From assembly GCA_963666835.2 (NCBI GenBank), contig CAXXGO010000001.1, forward strand, positions 1,792,001-1,856,000: a DNA stretch of 64,000 nucleotides, given 5' to 3'. The notes beneath the pieces are model-generated. The model was given only the letters and a program-made list of their open reading frames with translations, searched no databases and was not told the origin of the DNA. Shown one piece after another: positions 49,275 through 59,481 of the stretch (positions are counted from its first letter, which is position 1; each line of letters begins with the position of its first letter). A program made the translations under genes and the position numbers. The DNA comes from Phycisphaerae bacterium (GTDB lineage Bacteria > Planctomycetota > Phycisphaerae > UBA1845).

Positions 49275-50661
49275 ATGACTGCCCCGGGTGAGGTTTATCG
49301 GACTAGGCGTGCGCGTCTTGCGTCGGGGCTGAGCCGGCCGATTGTGGTATTCGCGGGGCAGGCGCGTCCGCGGCAGTATGCAACGAATCTCCATCCGTTC
49401 CGAGCGGGCAGCAACTATCTCTACCTCGGCGGGCCCCCGCTGGCGGGAGCGGCATGGTTGATCGAACCGGGCAGCGATGGTGAGCGTGGGGCGACGCTAC
49501 TCCGTCCGCCTCCCGATTTCGAGGACGCGGTCTGGGTCGGTATGGCACCGAAAGACGATGAGATTGCATCGTCGGCCGGCATCGCCCCGGAGGCCATCTT
49601 CGCGCCGGGCGAGTTGGGGGAGATGCTCAAAGGGCGGAGGGCTGCGTATGTGGCTCCACCGTGCCTGCTGACCATGGAGTTCATCGGTCGGCTCGGTTTG
49701 CAGGCTGCCAAACCAGAGGAACAGCAGCTTCTCATCGATTCGCGTTTGTTCAAGGATCAATACGAGATTGCCGCACTCCGACGTGCGGCGAAGGCGGCCG
49801 TGAGTGCTCACCGGGCAGCGATGGCGGGGGACGGTTCCGGGAAGTTCTGAAGCCGGGGTCGCGGGGCGGCTTCTTGCGGGTTTTGCGACAGCGCGGTGCA
49901 TTCCGTCGTTTACCCCGATCGTCACAGTGAGGGGGGAGGTTCTCCACTGCGAGAGCTATCCCAATGAACTCAAGGCCGGTCAGTTGTTGCTGGCTGACGC
50001 CGGGGCGGAGGAACCCGGCGGTTACGCTTCCGACATCACGCGCACGTACCCCGTCTCGGGCGAGTTCACGGCTATACAACGCCAGATATACGAGACCGTG
50101 CTGCGGGCTGAGCGCGTGGGCATTGCTGCGTGCGTACCGGGCCGGCGATATCGTGATGTTCACGATCTGGCGGCGGGGGCGATCTGTGAGGGTCTGGTCG
50201 AGGCTGAGATCTTGAGGGGGGACCCCGTGGAACTGACCGCCCGCGGCGCTCACACGCTCTTCTTCGTACATGGCGTTGGGCACCTCCTCGGGCTCGATGT
50301 GCATGATATGGAGGATTTCGGGGATTTGGCCGGATACGCCCCCGGTCGTGAGAGGCGTTCGGACTTCGGCAGCAAGTTCCTGCGGCTTGACCGTGATTTA
50401 CAGGCGGGCATGGCCGTGACGATCGAGCCTGGGGTCTATTTCATCCCTCAACTTTGGGAGCGAACTGAGCTAACGGCACCGTTTGCAGATGTTGTTAACC
50501 GGGCGGCGGTTGATACGTTGCTCGAAGCTCGCTTTGGCGGTATCCGGATTGAGGACGATGTTCTGGTTCGCGGGGTCGATGCGGATGGACCGGAGGTGTT
50601 GACGGATGAGCTTCCCACAGATGCGGATGAGGTTACGGCGATTGTCGGCAGCGAAGCCTGA
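49275..50661 (+). CDS. pepP: Xaa-Pro aminopeptidase (M24B), split by a one-base insertion in a G5 run (49826-49830)
   Basis: N-terminal HPFRAGSNYLYL in one frame; DAGAE..GYASDITRT, HGVGHLLGLDVHD, TIEPGVY, GGIRIEDD in the next. Removing one G gives MAGTVPG. Confidence 0.88.
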
Positions 50662-50720
50662 CGAATGAGGTTACCGTCGGCTCTGCCCCGACTCCGGATT
50701 GTGAACGAGAGGCCGTCCTT

Positions 50721-52631
50721 ATGGGCAACCCGGTTTCCGACACACCCAGTCCCCGAGGAGGGTTGCTGCGTAACGGCAACTTCGTTTTGCTGTGGTGCGC
50801 GTACGGAATCAGCGCTATGGGGGACCATCTCTCGGAGATGGCGATTCTCAAGACGCAGGATGCGGTCAACCCGGCGGTGGATGTCACACCCTTGACGGCG
50901 CGGATGAGCTTCATGTTCTTCCTGCCGTTTTTCTTCCTTGCTCCGGTAGCCGGGTTAATCGCCGACCGCCTTCCGCGGCGAGTAGTAATGATCGCGGCGG
51001 ACGTCGCGCGGGGGCTGATAATGCTCGGGTTCGCCGGGCTGATAGCGTGGACTGAGCACTGGGGGGCATGGGGACCGTTCATGCCGTTGCTTCTGGTTGG
51101 AGCGTTTGCCGGGCTGTTTGCCCCGGCGCGTTCGGCGCTGCTTCCCACTGTGGTAAGGGCCGATCAGCTTGTGCGCGCCAATGCCATGATCGCCGGGTTG
51201 GGGATCATCGCCACGATGATCGCGGTGACGATCAGCGGGTACCTTGCGGAGCATTACCATCCACAGGTCGCCTTCAGACTTGATGCGGTGACGTTTGCAC
51301 TTAGCGCGTCGTTCCTTACGTTCTTGCGCCTGCCTGTCGTGCGGAGTGACGATGCCGGCGGCCGCGCGCATGCTCCGTTGCGCGAGCTGGCCGACGGGTT
51401 CCGCTATGCGTTGTGCCATCGCCGGGTGCTGGAACTGTTGGCCGTCGGTGCATTGGTGTGGTTTTGCGGTCCGTTGGTCAATAGCGTGATCCCGGCTGTA
51501 GTACGCGATGTGTACGGCGGTACCTACCTGCAGATGAGCGCCTACCGTGCTTACTTGGGACTGGGTTTCATCCTGGGTGCCATTACCATCGCAACGCTGG
51601 GCAACGCGCTCCGCAGTGAGATTGCCATAACGTGGGGGCTGTTCGGCATCTCCGGGGGGATTGCGGTCTTTGCCGCTTCGGTCTACCTGCCGATGGCGCC
51701 GGAGACACTCTCGCGGATTGGAGCCGTCGGGGTAGTCATGGCCGGACTGTTCGCCGTGGCGGTTATGGCCAGCTTCAACGCGCTTCTGCAGCGGACGGTG
51801 GCGGATCGTTTTCGCGGGAGGATCTTCGGCGTTAAGGAGTTGTGCTGTACCGGTGCGCTTCTGGTGGCGACGGGGGCTTTGGGGGTCCCACGTTGGACGA
51901 ACGTGGATCGGTGGGTCGGGAAAATTCTGATCGCGGTGGCCGTAATCACGTTGGTTGCCGGAGCGGTTACTTTGTTTGTGCGTCTTGGACGGGGGCTCCA
52001 TGGCAGGCAGCTTACCTTTGCGCAGAACCTAAACGAGTTTCTGGCCAAGTTCTGGTGGCGTTTCCGGAGAATCGGGGCGCCGACGGTGCCGCGGGAGGGC
52101 GCCGTGATCATCACGGCCAACCACACCTGTTCGGCGGACCCGCTCTTTCTTAGTGCCGGGGTTATGTACCGGGCGATCTCGTTTATGGTTGCAGCGGAGT
52201 ATACGACTTGGCCGATCGTCAGGTATGTGCTCAGCCTGGTGGAGTGTATCCCGGTCAAGCGTGACGGCCGGGACACCGCCGCCACCAAAAGCGCGATGCG
52301 GCACCTGCGCGCTGGAAAGGCACTGGGGATTTTCATCGAAGGGCGGATCGTGGCACCCACGGAAGTGGTCAGGCCTAAAGACGGGGTGGCCATGTTGGCT
52401 TTGAAGACCGGTGCACAGGTGATTCCGGCCCACATCAGCGGCGTGAAGTATAACGACAATGTTGTGTGGGGGTTGATCGCGCGGCATCGGGCTCGGGTGC
52501 GATACGGTTCGCCGGTTGATCTGGACGAGTTCCGGGCAAAAGAGCAAAGCCGAGAGGTGGTTCGGGCTGCGACGAAGAAGATCTACGCGGCCATCAAGGC
52601 ATTGGCGCCGCCGCCGGACGATGGGGAATAA
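50721..52631 (+). CDS. MFS transporter fused to a PlsC-type lysophospholipid acyltransferase (LplT/Aas-like)
   Basis: GLIADRLPRR MFS motif A with ~12 TMs; NHTCSAD and FIEG acyltransferase motifs. Confidence 0.88.
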   Translation: MGNPVSDTPSPRGGLLRNGNFVLLWCAYGISAMGDHLSEMAILKTQDAVNPAVDVTPLTARMSFMFFLPFFFLAPVAGLIADRLPRRVVMIAADVARGLIMLGFAGLIAWTEHWGAWGPFMPLLLVGAFAGLFAPARSALLPTVVRADQLVRANAMIAGLGIIATMIAVTISGYLAEHYHPQVAFRLDAVTFALSASFLTFLRLPVVRSDDAGGRAHAPLRELADGFRYALCHRRVLELLAVGALVWFCGPLVNSVIPAVVRDVYGGTYLQMSAYRAYLGLGFILGAITIATLGNALRSEIAITWGLFGISGGIAVFAASVYLPMAPETLSRIGAVGVVMAGLFAVAVMASFNALLQRTVADRFRGRIFGVKELCCTGALLVATGALGVPRWTNVDRWVGKILIAVAVITLVAGAVTLFVRLGRGLHGRQLTFAQNLNEFLAKFWWRFRRIGAPTVPREGAVIITANHTCSADPLFLSAGVMYRAISFMVAAEYTTWPIVRYVLSLVECIPVKRDGRDTAATKSAMRHLRAGKALGIFIEGRIVAPTEVVRPKDGVAMLALKTGAQVIPAHISGVKYNDNVVWGLIARHRARVRYGSPVDLDEFRAKEQSREVVRAATKKIYAAIKALAPPPDDGE

Positions 52632-52665
52632 GACATTGTGAGGTCGAGGGTTTCGAGGAAGTCGA

Positions 52666-54255
52666 ATGAACAAGTCAGAACTTTGGAGCCGTTACGAGAA
52701 GTACCTTTGCACTGCCGATAGCATCGGCCTGCAGCTTGACATCAGTCGTCTGCGGTTTGACGAGCAGTTCCTCGAAGACATGGCTCCGAAAATGGCTGCG
52801 GCTCTGGCGGCTATGGATGAACTCGAGAAGGGGGGGATTGCGAATACGGACGAGAACCGCATGGTCGGCCACTACTGGCTGCGGGCTCCGGAGCGGGCGC
52901 CCGATCCGGCTATCAAGGCTGAGATCACCGAGACGCTAACGCGGATCAAGAGGTTTGCCGGGGACATTCACAGCGGGGCGATTGCGCCAGAGAAGGGCGA
53001 CGGTTTCTACGTTGTGCTCGTGGTGGGAATCGGCGGCTCGGCCTTGGGGCCGCAGTTCGTTGCTGATGCGCTGAGTAACAGCGACGACCCCATGATTATT
53101 CGGTTTATCGATAACACCGACCCAGAAGGGATCGATCGAGTGCTTGGGGAACTCGACGAGGTTCTGAGCCAGACGCTCACGATTATCGTGTCCAAGTCGG
53201 GCGGGACGGTCGAGACCCGCAACGGTATGCTGGAAGTGGAAGCTGCCTATAAGAAAGCGGGCCTGAGCTTCGCGAAACACGCGGTGGCCGTGACCTGTGA
53301 AGGCAGCAGGCTGTACGACAAGGCAGTGGAAGAAGAGTGGCTGCAGATCTTCCCCATGTGGGATTGGGTCGGAGGCCGGACCTCGGAAACGTCCGCGGTG
53401 GGCCTTCTTCCGGCCGCCCTGCAGGGATTCGATGTTGACGCCATGCTGGCCGGGGCTCGGGATTGCGATGCGGTTACGCGCAACCACGACTGGCGGCAGA
53501 ACCCCGCGGCGCTGTTGGCGTTGATGTGGCACTATGCCACACAGGGGCGTGGAACGCGCGCTATGGTGGTTCTGCCGTATCGCGACCGGCTTGCCCTGTT
53601 TAGCCGCTATCTCCAGCAGCTTGTTATGGAGTCGCTCGGCAAGCGGCTCGACCGCGCGGGCAATGTTGTTAACCAGGGACTCACCGTCTATGGAAACAAG
53701 GGCAGCACGGATCAACATGCGTTCGTGCAGCAGCTTCGCGACGGTTTGAACGACTTTTTCGTGAACTTCATTACCGTTCGGCATGATCGTGCGGGAGAGT
53801 CGATGTTCGTGGAAGACAACGTCACTACCGGTGATTTCCTGAACGGGTTCTGGCAGGGGACGCGCACCGCTTTGGCAGAGGACGGTCGGGAATCGGTGAC
53901 GATTACCCTGAACGAGTTCAACGCCCGGTCGGTGGGGGTGCTTATCGCCCTCTTCGAGAGGGCGGTGGGTCTCTATGCCGAGCTGATCAACGTGAACGCC
54001 TATCATCAACCAGGCGTGGAAGCCGGGAAGAAGGCTGCCGAAGCCGTAATCGAGCTGCAACGCAAGGTTCTGGCGGGTTTGCGCAAGAGCCGTGGATCAG
54101 CCCGAACCTCTACCGAGATCGCGTCCGCCGTAGGGGCTATGGAGGATGTGGAAACCGTTCACCACATTCTGGAGCACATCTGCGCCAACGATGCTCACGG
54201 TGTGACCCGGACCGCCGGCGACAAGCCGGGTGCGGCAGTGTATACAACGTTATAG
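52666..54255 (+). CDS. pgi: Glucose-6-phosphate isomerase
   Basis: [45 protein letters not shown]. Confidence 0.96.
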   Translation: MNKSELWSRYEKYLCTADSIGLQLDISRLRFDEQFLEDMAPKMAAALAAMDELEKGGIANTDENRMVGHYWLRAPERAPDPAIKAEITETLTRIKRFAGDIHSGAIAPEKGDGFYVVLVVGIGGSALGPQFVADALSNSDDPMIIRFIDNTDPEGIDRVLGELDEVLSQTLTIIVSKSGGTVETRNGMLEVEAAYKKAGLSFAKHAVAVTCEGSRLYDKAVEEEWLQIFPMWDWVGGRTSETSAVGLLPAALQGFDVDAMLAGARDCDAVTRNHDWRQNPAALLALMWHYATQGRGTRAMVVLPYRDRLALFSRYLQQLVMESLGKRLDRAGNVVNQGLTVYGNKGSTDQHAFVQQLRDGLNDFFVNFITVRHDRAGESMFVEDNVTTGDFLNGFWQGTRTALAEDGRESVTITLNEFNARSVGVLIALFERAVGLYAELINVNAYHQPGVEAGKKAAEAVIELQRKVLAGLRKSRGSARTSTEIASAVGAMEDVETVHHILEHICANDAHGVTRTAGDKPGAAVYTTL

Positions 54256-54334
54256 CGTCTCTGCCCGTCCGGAAGATGGACCGGTTGTGAGTAATAGTAC
54301 TACCACTGTTCTCAGGACAACGGGGTCGCAGACT

Positions 54335-55825
54335 TCAGTCCGGTGACGGGACCGTGGCGTTCTTGCTGGGCATTCGAGTTTTGCGACCGACCGGCGTCTC
54401 ATCCAGAATCGACGAGGCCGCGGCCCGAGCCTTCCCGGCGGTGGGATCGGAAAGCAAGTCCTGGTAGGCAAACTTAATGCACGCGGAGATCTTCCCGCTA
54501 CGTTTGACCAGCTCCGGCAGCGACGCCGAGATGGCCTCTTCGGCTTTGGCGATCGACTCCACCGTTCCGGTCTGGTCCCACCACAGTCGATGACTGCGCC
54601 CCAACAACTGTCCGATTAACCCGGCCATCTCCGCCAGCGATTCGGGAGACCGGACGTCTGTTACAGACAGCTCCTTGCCCCATGGATCTCGGGTTTTCAC
54701 CAGGAAGCCACGGCTTCCGATACGCGTGTATCCGGTGAGCCAGGGGGCGGAAGGGTTGATGCGGCGTGTAGCCTGGGCTACATCGGCCGCGCGCTGGGGA
54801 CCGCGCCGCGCGGTTGCCAGACCCGCTCGTGCGGCGGCGGGCGGCGGTTCCTCCTTGAGCTGGATGATGATCGGATCCGATTCGTGACCGAACGGCGCGT
54901 CGAGAAGCACCAGATACTTGCGAAGACCCTGACTGCCGCTGCTTCCTACGCGGACCCAGTCAGCAACGTCCAGTACGCCTGCACGAAGTTGTTCGATGTT
55001 CGAGAACCGATAGCGACAGCGCGTTTCGAGCGTGGTCCCGTTGGCCATATACCACCAGAGGGCATCCACGACTTGCTCACGCGTAGCGTTGTTGACCGGC
55101 CTGAGGATATCGGAGACTCGGCCGTTCTTCTCGCGGTTCGGCCGAAAGCGAAGCGGCATCCTCTGCACGAACTTGTTGACGTAACTGCGGATCTGGCTCT
55201 GGCGAGCCTTGCGGGTTAAAGAGGCAACGACGGGGTATCGCGAGGCCAACACCTTGTCATCCGGCGGATCGCGCAGTGCTTCCGCGTACCCGGCGACCAA
55301 TCCGCCAACACATAAGGCAAGAGTGTCGTCAGTCAAATCGACTCGCTGCGATTCGGCGGCGAGGCGTAGCGCGACCGCGGCTCGAAGAAGGTCGAATAAG
55401 AACGGTCCACCCACAGCTTCGTCGAGATCGACCAGCCCAAAGCGAATATCCTCTCCGGGGACACCCGGCCCCTGGTAAGTACCGATGTTGCCGAGGTGGA
55501 CGTCGCCGTGAAGGAGTACGGGGGGGCAGGAGCCAGTTAGCCAATCGGCGCAGCATTCGCGCGCCAATAGCCAGAAGAGATCCGCGGTTCCCCGAAAGAA
55601 ACGGTACTCATTTCTCATTAGACTGTTGAGCTTGAGAGGCCAGGCGTCGGGAGAAGATCCTCCGAGGTGCGCGTTTAGCGTGCGGAGTTGCCGAAGTGTT
55701 TCCGATGTCGGTTGGTCGATTGGTGATCCGATCGACGGGCTAACCAGCACCAAGCAGACGAGCAATAGGCTTGTCGCGCAAGTTCTCGGCTGACGTCGGC
55801 GGCCTGAAACAGCTTTGAGCTTCAT
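54335..55825 (-). CDS. DUF2252-family kinase-like protein with signal peptide
   Basis: FFRGTA, LHGDVHLGN, DLDEA, DLLR, QLKEE motifs; N-terminal basic + hydrophobic signal. Confidence 0.8.
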   Translation of the reverse strand: MKLKAVSGRRRQPRTCATSLLLVCLVLVSPSIGSPIDQPTSETLRQLRTLNAHLGGSSPDAWPLKLNSLMRNEYRFFRGTADLFWLLARECCADWLTGSCPPVLLHGDVHLGNIGTYQGPGVPGEDIRFGLVDLDEAVGGPFLFDLLRAAVALRLAAESQRVDLTDDTLALCVGGLVAGYAEALRDPPDDKVLASRYPVVASLTRKARQSQIRSYVNKFVQRMPLRFRPNREKNGRVSDILRPVNNATREQVVDALWWYMANGTTLETRCRYRFSNIEQLRAGVLDVADWVRVGSSGSQGLRKYLVLLDAPFGHESDPIIIQLKEEPPPAAARAGLATARRGPQRAADVAQATRRINPSAPWLTGYTRIGSRGFLVKTRDPWGKELSVTDVRSPESLAEMAGLIGQLLGRSHRLWWDQTGTVESIAKAEEAISASLPELVKRSGKISACIKFAYQDLLSDPTAGKARAAASSILDETPVGRKTRMPSKNATVPSPD

Positions 55826-55929
55826 GAAGAATCCGATCGCCTATCGCGACTCCGGGGCAGTCTCAGCAGGTTTGAGTGTAGCCGAGGCTCGAGATGCCGT
55901 TCAACCTCGCAACTCGTGCCGGGGCGCGA

Positions 55930-55971
55930 ATTAGCGCAAACTTAACAGTCGGTTAATCCCATCTTTGCGCG
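55930..55971 (+). promoter_or_regulatory. Tandem 11-bp-period TTAA-type repeats (OmpR/PhoB-family box-like)
   Basis: ttag/ttaa/ttaa/tttg at 55931, 55942, 55953, 55964, between divergent genes. Confidence 0.45.
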
Positions 55972-56159
55972 TAGGTCCTATTCTCCCGGCCAAGGTCAGA
56001 ACCGGTGGCGGAGTGGCCAGCGGAGAGGTCATCCGTGCGGGTTCAAGACGCTGCCGAGGGAGCGGAGCAGCGTGTCCCTAATGAAGTTCGTCAATCCATG
56101 CGTCTGTGACAAGACTGCGGCCGGTGCCGACTTCCGCACCGGGCAAAAGGACCAATGCC

Positions 56160-57104
56160 ATGAGTACCATCAGTCCGTCGCACAAACTGAGTGCTTTCAC
56201 GATCATCGAGTTGCTTGTGGTGATGTTCATACTCATGCTGCTCATCGGCCTGCTCATGCCGGGGCTCCAGGGGGCACGGGCACAGGCCAAGGAGATACGT
56301 TGCCAATCCAATCTCAACACTTTCGGCAAGGGATTCCATCTCTATGCGGAGGATAATCGGGATTACCTCTGCAGTGGTTCGTTTGATCCCGAGGTTTCCA
56401 ACGGCCGCGACGGACCGGTTGATGTTGTGGGTTGGGTGGCGGATCTGGTCAACGCGGAGCTTGCCCGGCCGGGCGAGATGCTCTGCCCGACGAACGCAGC
56501 CGTGTACAACCAGAAACTCCGTCCGGGTGGAGCGGGTGACGACAGCTACACGATCGAAGAGACTGAGGACCTTATCGAGCGGGGCTACAACACGAATTAC
56601 ACGCAAGCGTGGTACATGGCCAGGACGGCCTGGGTACCGCGAAGAGCCAGTAACACGGCCAGCGCGTACAACTTCAAACGTGTGGACACCACCGAGGGCC
56701 CTCTGCGCATCACGCAGATACTGGCGGTAAGTCCGGCACGTGTTCCATTGCTGGGCGACGGCCGGACGGACAATGATGAGATGCTGATGGGCGAGCGGTG
56801 CGTTAAGACGATGACTGACGGTCCGTTCGGGGGCCCGTACGGCATCCAGAACTATGCGGATTTCGGTCCCGCGCACGGTGCGGGTTCGCGGATCGGTGGT
56901 GACAAGGGGCACAGCGGACTACGCGCAAACGTCCTCTTCGCAGACGGGCACGTAGGGGTCTTGCAAGACAACGACCGTGACGGCGAGTTCGCGATCGACG
57001 ATACCGTAGACCCGGCAGAGCAGAGGGACCTTGATCCGCGGGAAGTTTTTGACGGGGTGATCGGGATGGGGCGTCGATCCCGCGATCCGTGGAAGATGAA
57101 GTAG
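56160..57104 (+). CDS. Prepilin-type N-terminal cleavage protein, DUF1559 / H-X9-DG type
   Basis: AFTIIELLVVMFI..LLMPGLQGAR...CQSNL; ANVLFADGHV. Confidence 0.9.
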   Translation: MSTISPSHKLSAFTIIELLVVMFILMLLIGLLMPGLQGARAQAKEIRCQSNLNTFGKGFHLYAEDNRDYLCSGSFDPEVSNGRDGPVDVVGWVADLVNAELARPGEMLCPTNAAVYNQKLRPGGAGDDSYTIEETEDLIERGYNTNYTQAWYMARTAWVPRRASNTASAYNFKRVDTTEGPLRITQILAVSPARVPLLGDGRTDNDEMLMGERCVKTMTDGPFGGPYGIQNYADFGPAHGAGSRIGGDKGHSGLRANVLFADGHVGVLQDNDRDGEFAIDDTVDPAEQRDLDPREVFDGVIGMGRRSRDPWKMK

Positions 57105-57235
57105 CCCGCAGTATTCGTTGAGTCCGGCGCGATGGGTCGTGAATGAGACCAGCAGGCGATCGGATCCGCGTCATCGCAGTTATTGCCGGTCTGCGCGGCT
57201 ATCAAGCAACGAGAATAGGAAGGCGGAGAGAGGGT

Positions 57236-59419
57236 ATGCGAATACGGTTTCTTCTGGCCGGAATAGCCCTACTGTGGGGTTCTCAGGTACATGCCACGGT
57301 CTATATCAACGAGGTCTTCATCAACCCGCCGGGTAGCCTCGATGTGACTCGGGAGTTCATTGAACTTGCCGGGACGCCGGGACGAAAGCTCGACGGGTAC
57401 GCCGTAGCGTTTCTGGCGGGTGCGCAAGAGAAATACTACCCCCTGGACAGCATTCCACCTTACCCCGTCCCATCACCCGAGATCGATGAGTTCTTCAGTT
57501 TGGACGGACTCGCGCTGGGGCGAAACGGACTGCTTGTCCTGACGATCAGCAATAAAGGCAACTACCCCGAGGTTCTTGCGGACTCGGCGTTCCGCGGAAA
57601 CTGGGCCAGCATCTGGAACGGCGGGGCGGATGAACCGGGTAAGCTGCAGAACGACGGCTCCATAACGGTGCTGTTGGTGCGCAATCGTCCGGGACGGACG
57701 GAGCAGAACCCCGCGCATTCCCTGGAGCTCAAATGGGGCAAAAGCATCCTGATGGACGCTCAGCTCGAGCGTCCGGTTCTGGATCCGCAAGATGATGTAC
57801 TGAAGGACCAGTGGGGGGATGGTGATCTCGATGTCGGCGAGGCGAACGGTCTTGGGGGCTATACCCTGGATATGGTGGGAGCGCTGACCGCAGGCGACTT
57901 CACCGACGATCTCGAGGTCGTGGACGAGGTGAGCTACGAGCACGGGCGCGGGTGGGAGTATGACACCGATGACCGTCGCGTAGATGAGGGAAGCCCGCAC
58001 GGAGGTCTGCCCGAGCGACGGGTGCATGCACTTGATGATCCTCAGGGATTCAATCCGGATGCGCTCGCCCGGGTCGACTATCGAACGACCGGTCCGGGAT
58101 GGGCTCCCACGCCGGGTGCGATCGGATCCATGTTCAACGGTAACAACTGGCAGGACACCGCAACCGAGCAGTGGGTTCGCGGGGAGGCAACACTGGTCAT
58201 CGGTAGCCAGGGCCCGGAGTTTTTCTTTGACCACAGCCCTAACAGCAATGAGGACTCGGTCCAACCGTATACCACGAACGTTCCCAGTTGGCTTGATGAC
58301 GGCTATGACGTGGACTATGACTTTTCGGAGCCGGCTACCTATCGCATCACGCCCGGCCGGATGAACCCGCTGTCGATTCCCTATGTGCCCGGCGATGTCG
58401 ATCGGGATGGTGATTGCGACGGCAACGACCTTGCCAAGATGCTGAGCGTCTTCGGGGACGATGATTGGATCTTCAGTAACGCCTTCGACGAGTCCGGCGA
58501 GGGTAACGACGGCGATCCTGGGCAACAGGTACGTCCCTGGGATGTAGACTGCACCGGTTCCGAGGGAATTGAGTGCAGCGACTTGCAGTGGGTTCTCAAC
58601 TTCCAGAATTGCCCGGATGGTCGGATCGAAGGCGTAATGTACGACGACGAGACGCCGGCGGATTCCGGTGTCAGGCTCAACTCTAACGCCTCCGTCGAGT
58701 GCGAGGTGACCGTCACGATCAATGTACTTAGCGGGCGGCCGTTGGATGGACTGGCCGTAGGCGATGTGCTTGAAATCGACGTCGCGGTCGAGGTGGTCGC
58801 AGGATTCGACCAAACGGCCGGCAGTGAGAACGGCGTCATGCAATTCGCGCACGATCTTCAGGCGAGCGTTGCCAATATCGTGCATGTCGAGAGTGTAGAG
58901 CCTCTTGGAGCATTCACGATCGGCCGACCCGCGCTGTTGACGCTGCAAGGGCCGGACGGCAGCTTGGGGATTTCGAACATCCATGGTTATACGACGTCGT
59001 TCACCGAAGGGCTGGCAACGGCGGCGGTTGCGTACCGGGTGCGCATGCAGGCCAACGAGGTCGGGGCGGTCGAGTTGTCCATCGCACCTGCAGCGGCGCA
59101 GAAGTTCGCCGAAAGCACGCCGTATGGCTTGAAGGTCGGGCATACCGACCAACACGGGGATCCGTTCAATGCCCTCTATCCAGACCCGGTTGCGATCGCA
59201 GTCACCGACGTGCCGTTCGTGGTGGGAGATTGTGACGGCAGCGGTGATGTCACGGTTGACGATGCCGCTTGCTTCATTGATTGCCTGGACGAACCGGACG
59301 TGCCTGCCTCGGTGGAATGTGCGCGGGCGGATGTCGATGGTGATGCGGACGTCGATTTAAGCGATTGGGCTGAGTTCGAACTTCTTCTCGATAATAGAAC
59401 ATCTCGGGACCCATCGTAA
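57236..59419 (+). CDS. Secreted protein: lamin-tail-like N-terminus, dockerin-like, cohesin-like and C-terminal dockerin-like domains
   Basis: VYINEVFINPPG..EFIEL; GDVDRDGDCDGND; L.VGD.LEIDV.V...GV.QF..DL...RMQANEVGAVELSI; GDCDGSGDVTVDD / DVDGDADVDLSD. Confidence 0.75.
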   Translation: MRIRFLLAGIALLWGSQVHATVYINEVFINPPGSLDVTREFIELAGTPGRKLDGYAVAFLAGAQEKYYPLDSIPPYPVPSPEIDEFFSLDGLALGRNGLLVLTISNKGNYPEVLADSAFRGNWASIWNGGADEPGKLQNDGSITVLLVRNRPGRTEQNPAHSLELKWGKSILMDAQLERPVLDPQDDVLKDQWGDGDLDVGEANGLGGYTLDMVGALTAGDFTDDLEVVDEVSYEHGRGWEYDTDDRRVDEGSPHGGLPERRVHALDDPQGFNPDALARVDYRTTGPGWAPTPGAIGSMFNGNNWQDTATEQWVRGEATLVIGSQGPEFFFDHSPNSNEDSVQPYTTNVPSWLDDGYDVDYDFSEPATYRITPGRMNPLSIPYVPGDVDRDGDCDGNDLAKMLSVFGDDDWIFSNAFDESGEGNDGDPGQQVRPWDVDCTGSEGIECSDLQWVLNFQNCPDGRIEGVMYDDETPADSGVRLNSNASVECEVTVTINVLSGRPLDGLAVGDVLEIDVAVEVVAGFDQTAGSENGVMQFAHDLQASVANIVHVESVEPLGAFTIGRPALLTLQGPDGSLGISNIHGYTTSFTEGLATAAVAYRVRMQANEVGAVELSIAPAAAQKFAESTPYGLKVGHTDQHGDPFNALYPDPVAIAVTDVPFVVGDCDGSGDVTVDDAACFIDCLDEPDVPASVECARADVDGDADVDLSDWAEFELLLDNRTSRDPS

Positions 59420-59481
59420 CGAATAGAAGTCAGTGGCGAGGACTCATAGTTTTGCGGCGAAAGGCGCAAGGGGGAGATTCA

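Noticed and set aside
48773..49276. 168-aa N-terminal extension of the cytochrome ORF
   Set aside because: It overlaps the divergent promoter region; the RBS and signal sequence point to the ATG at 48772.
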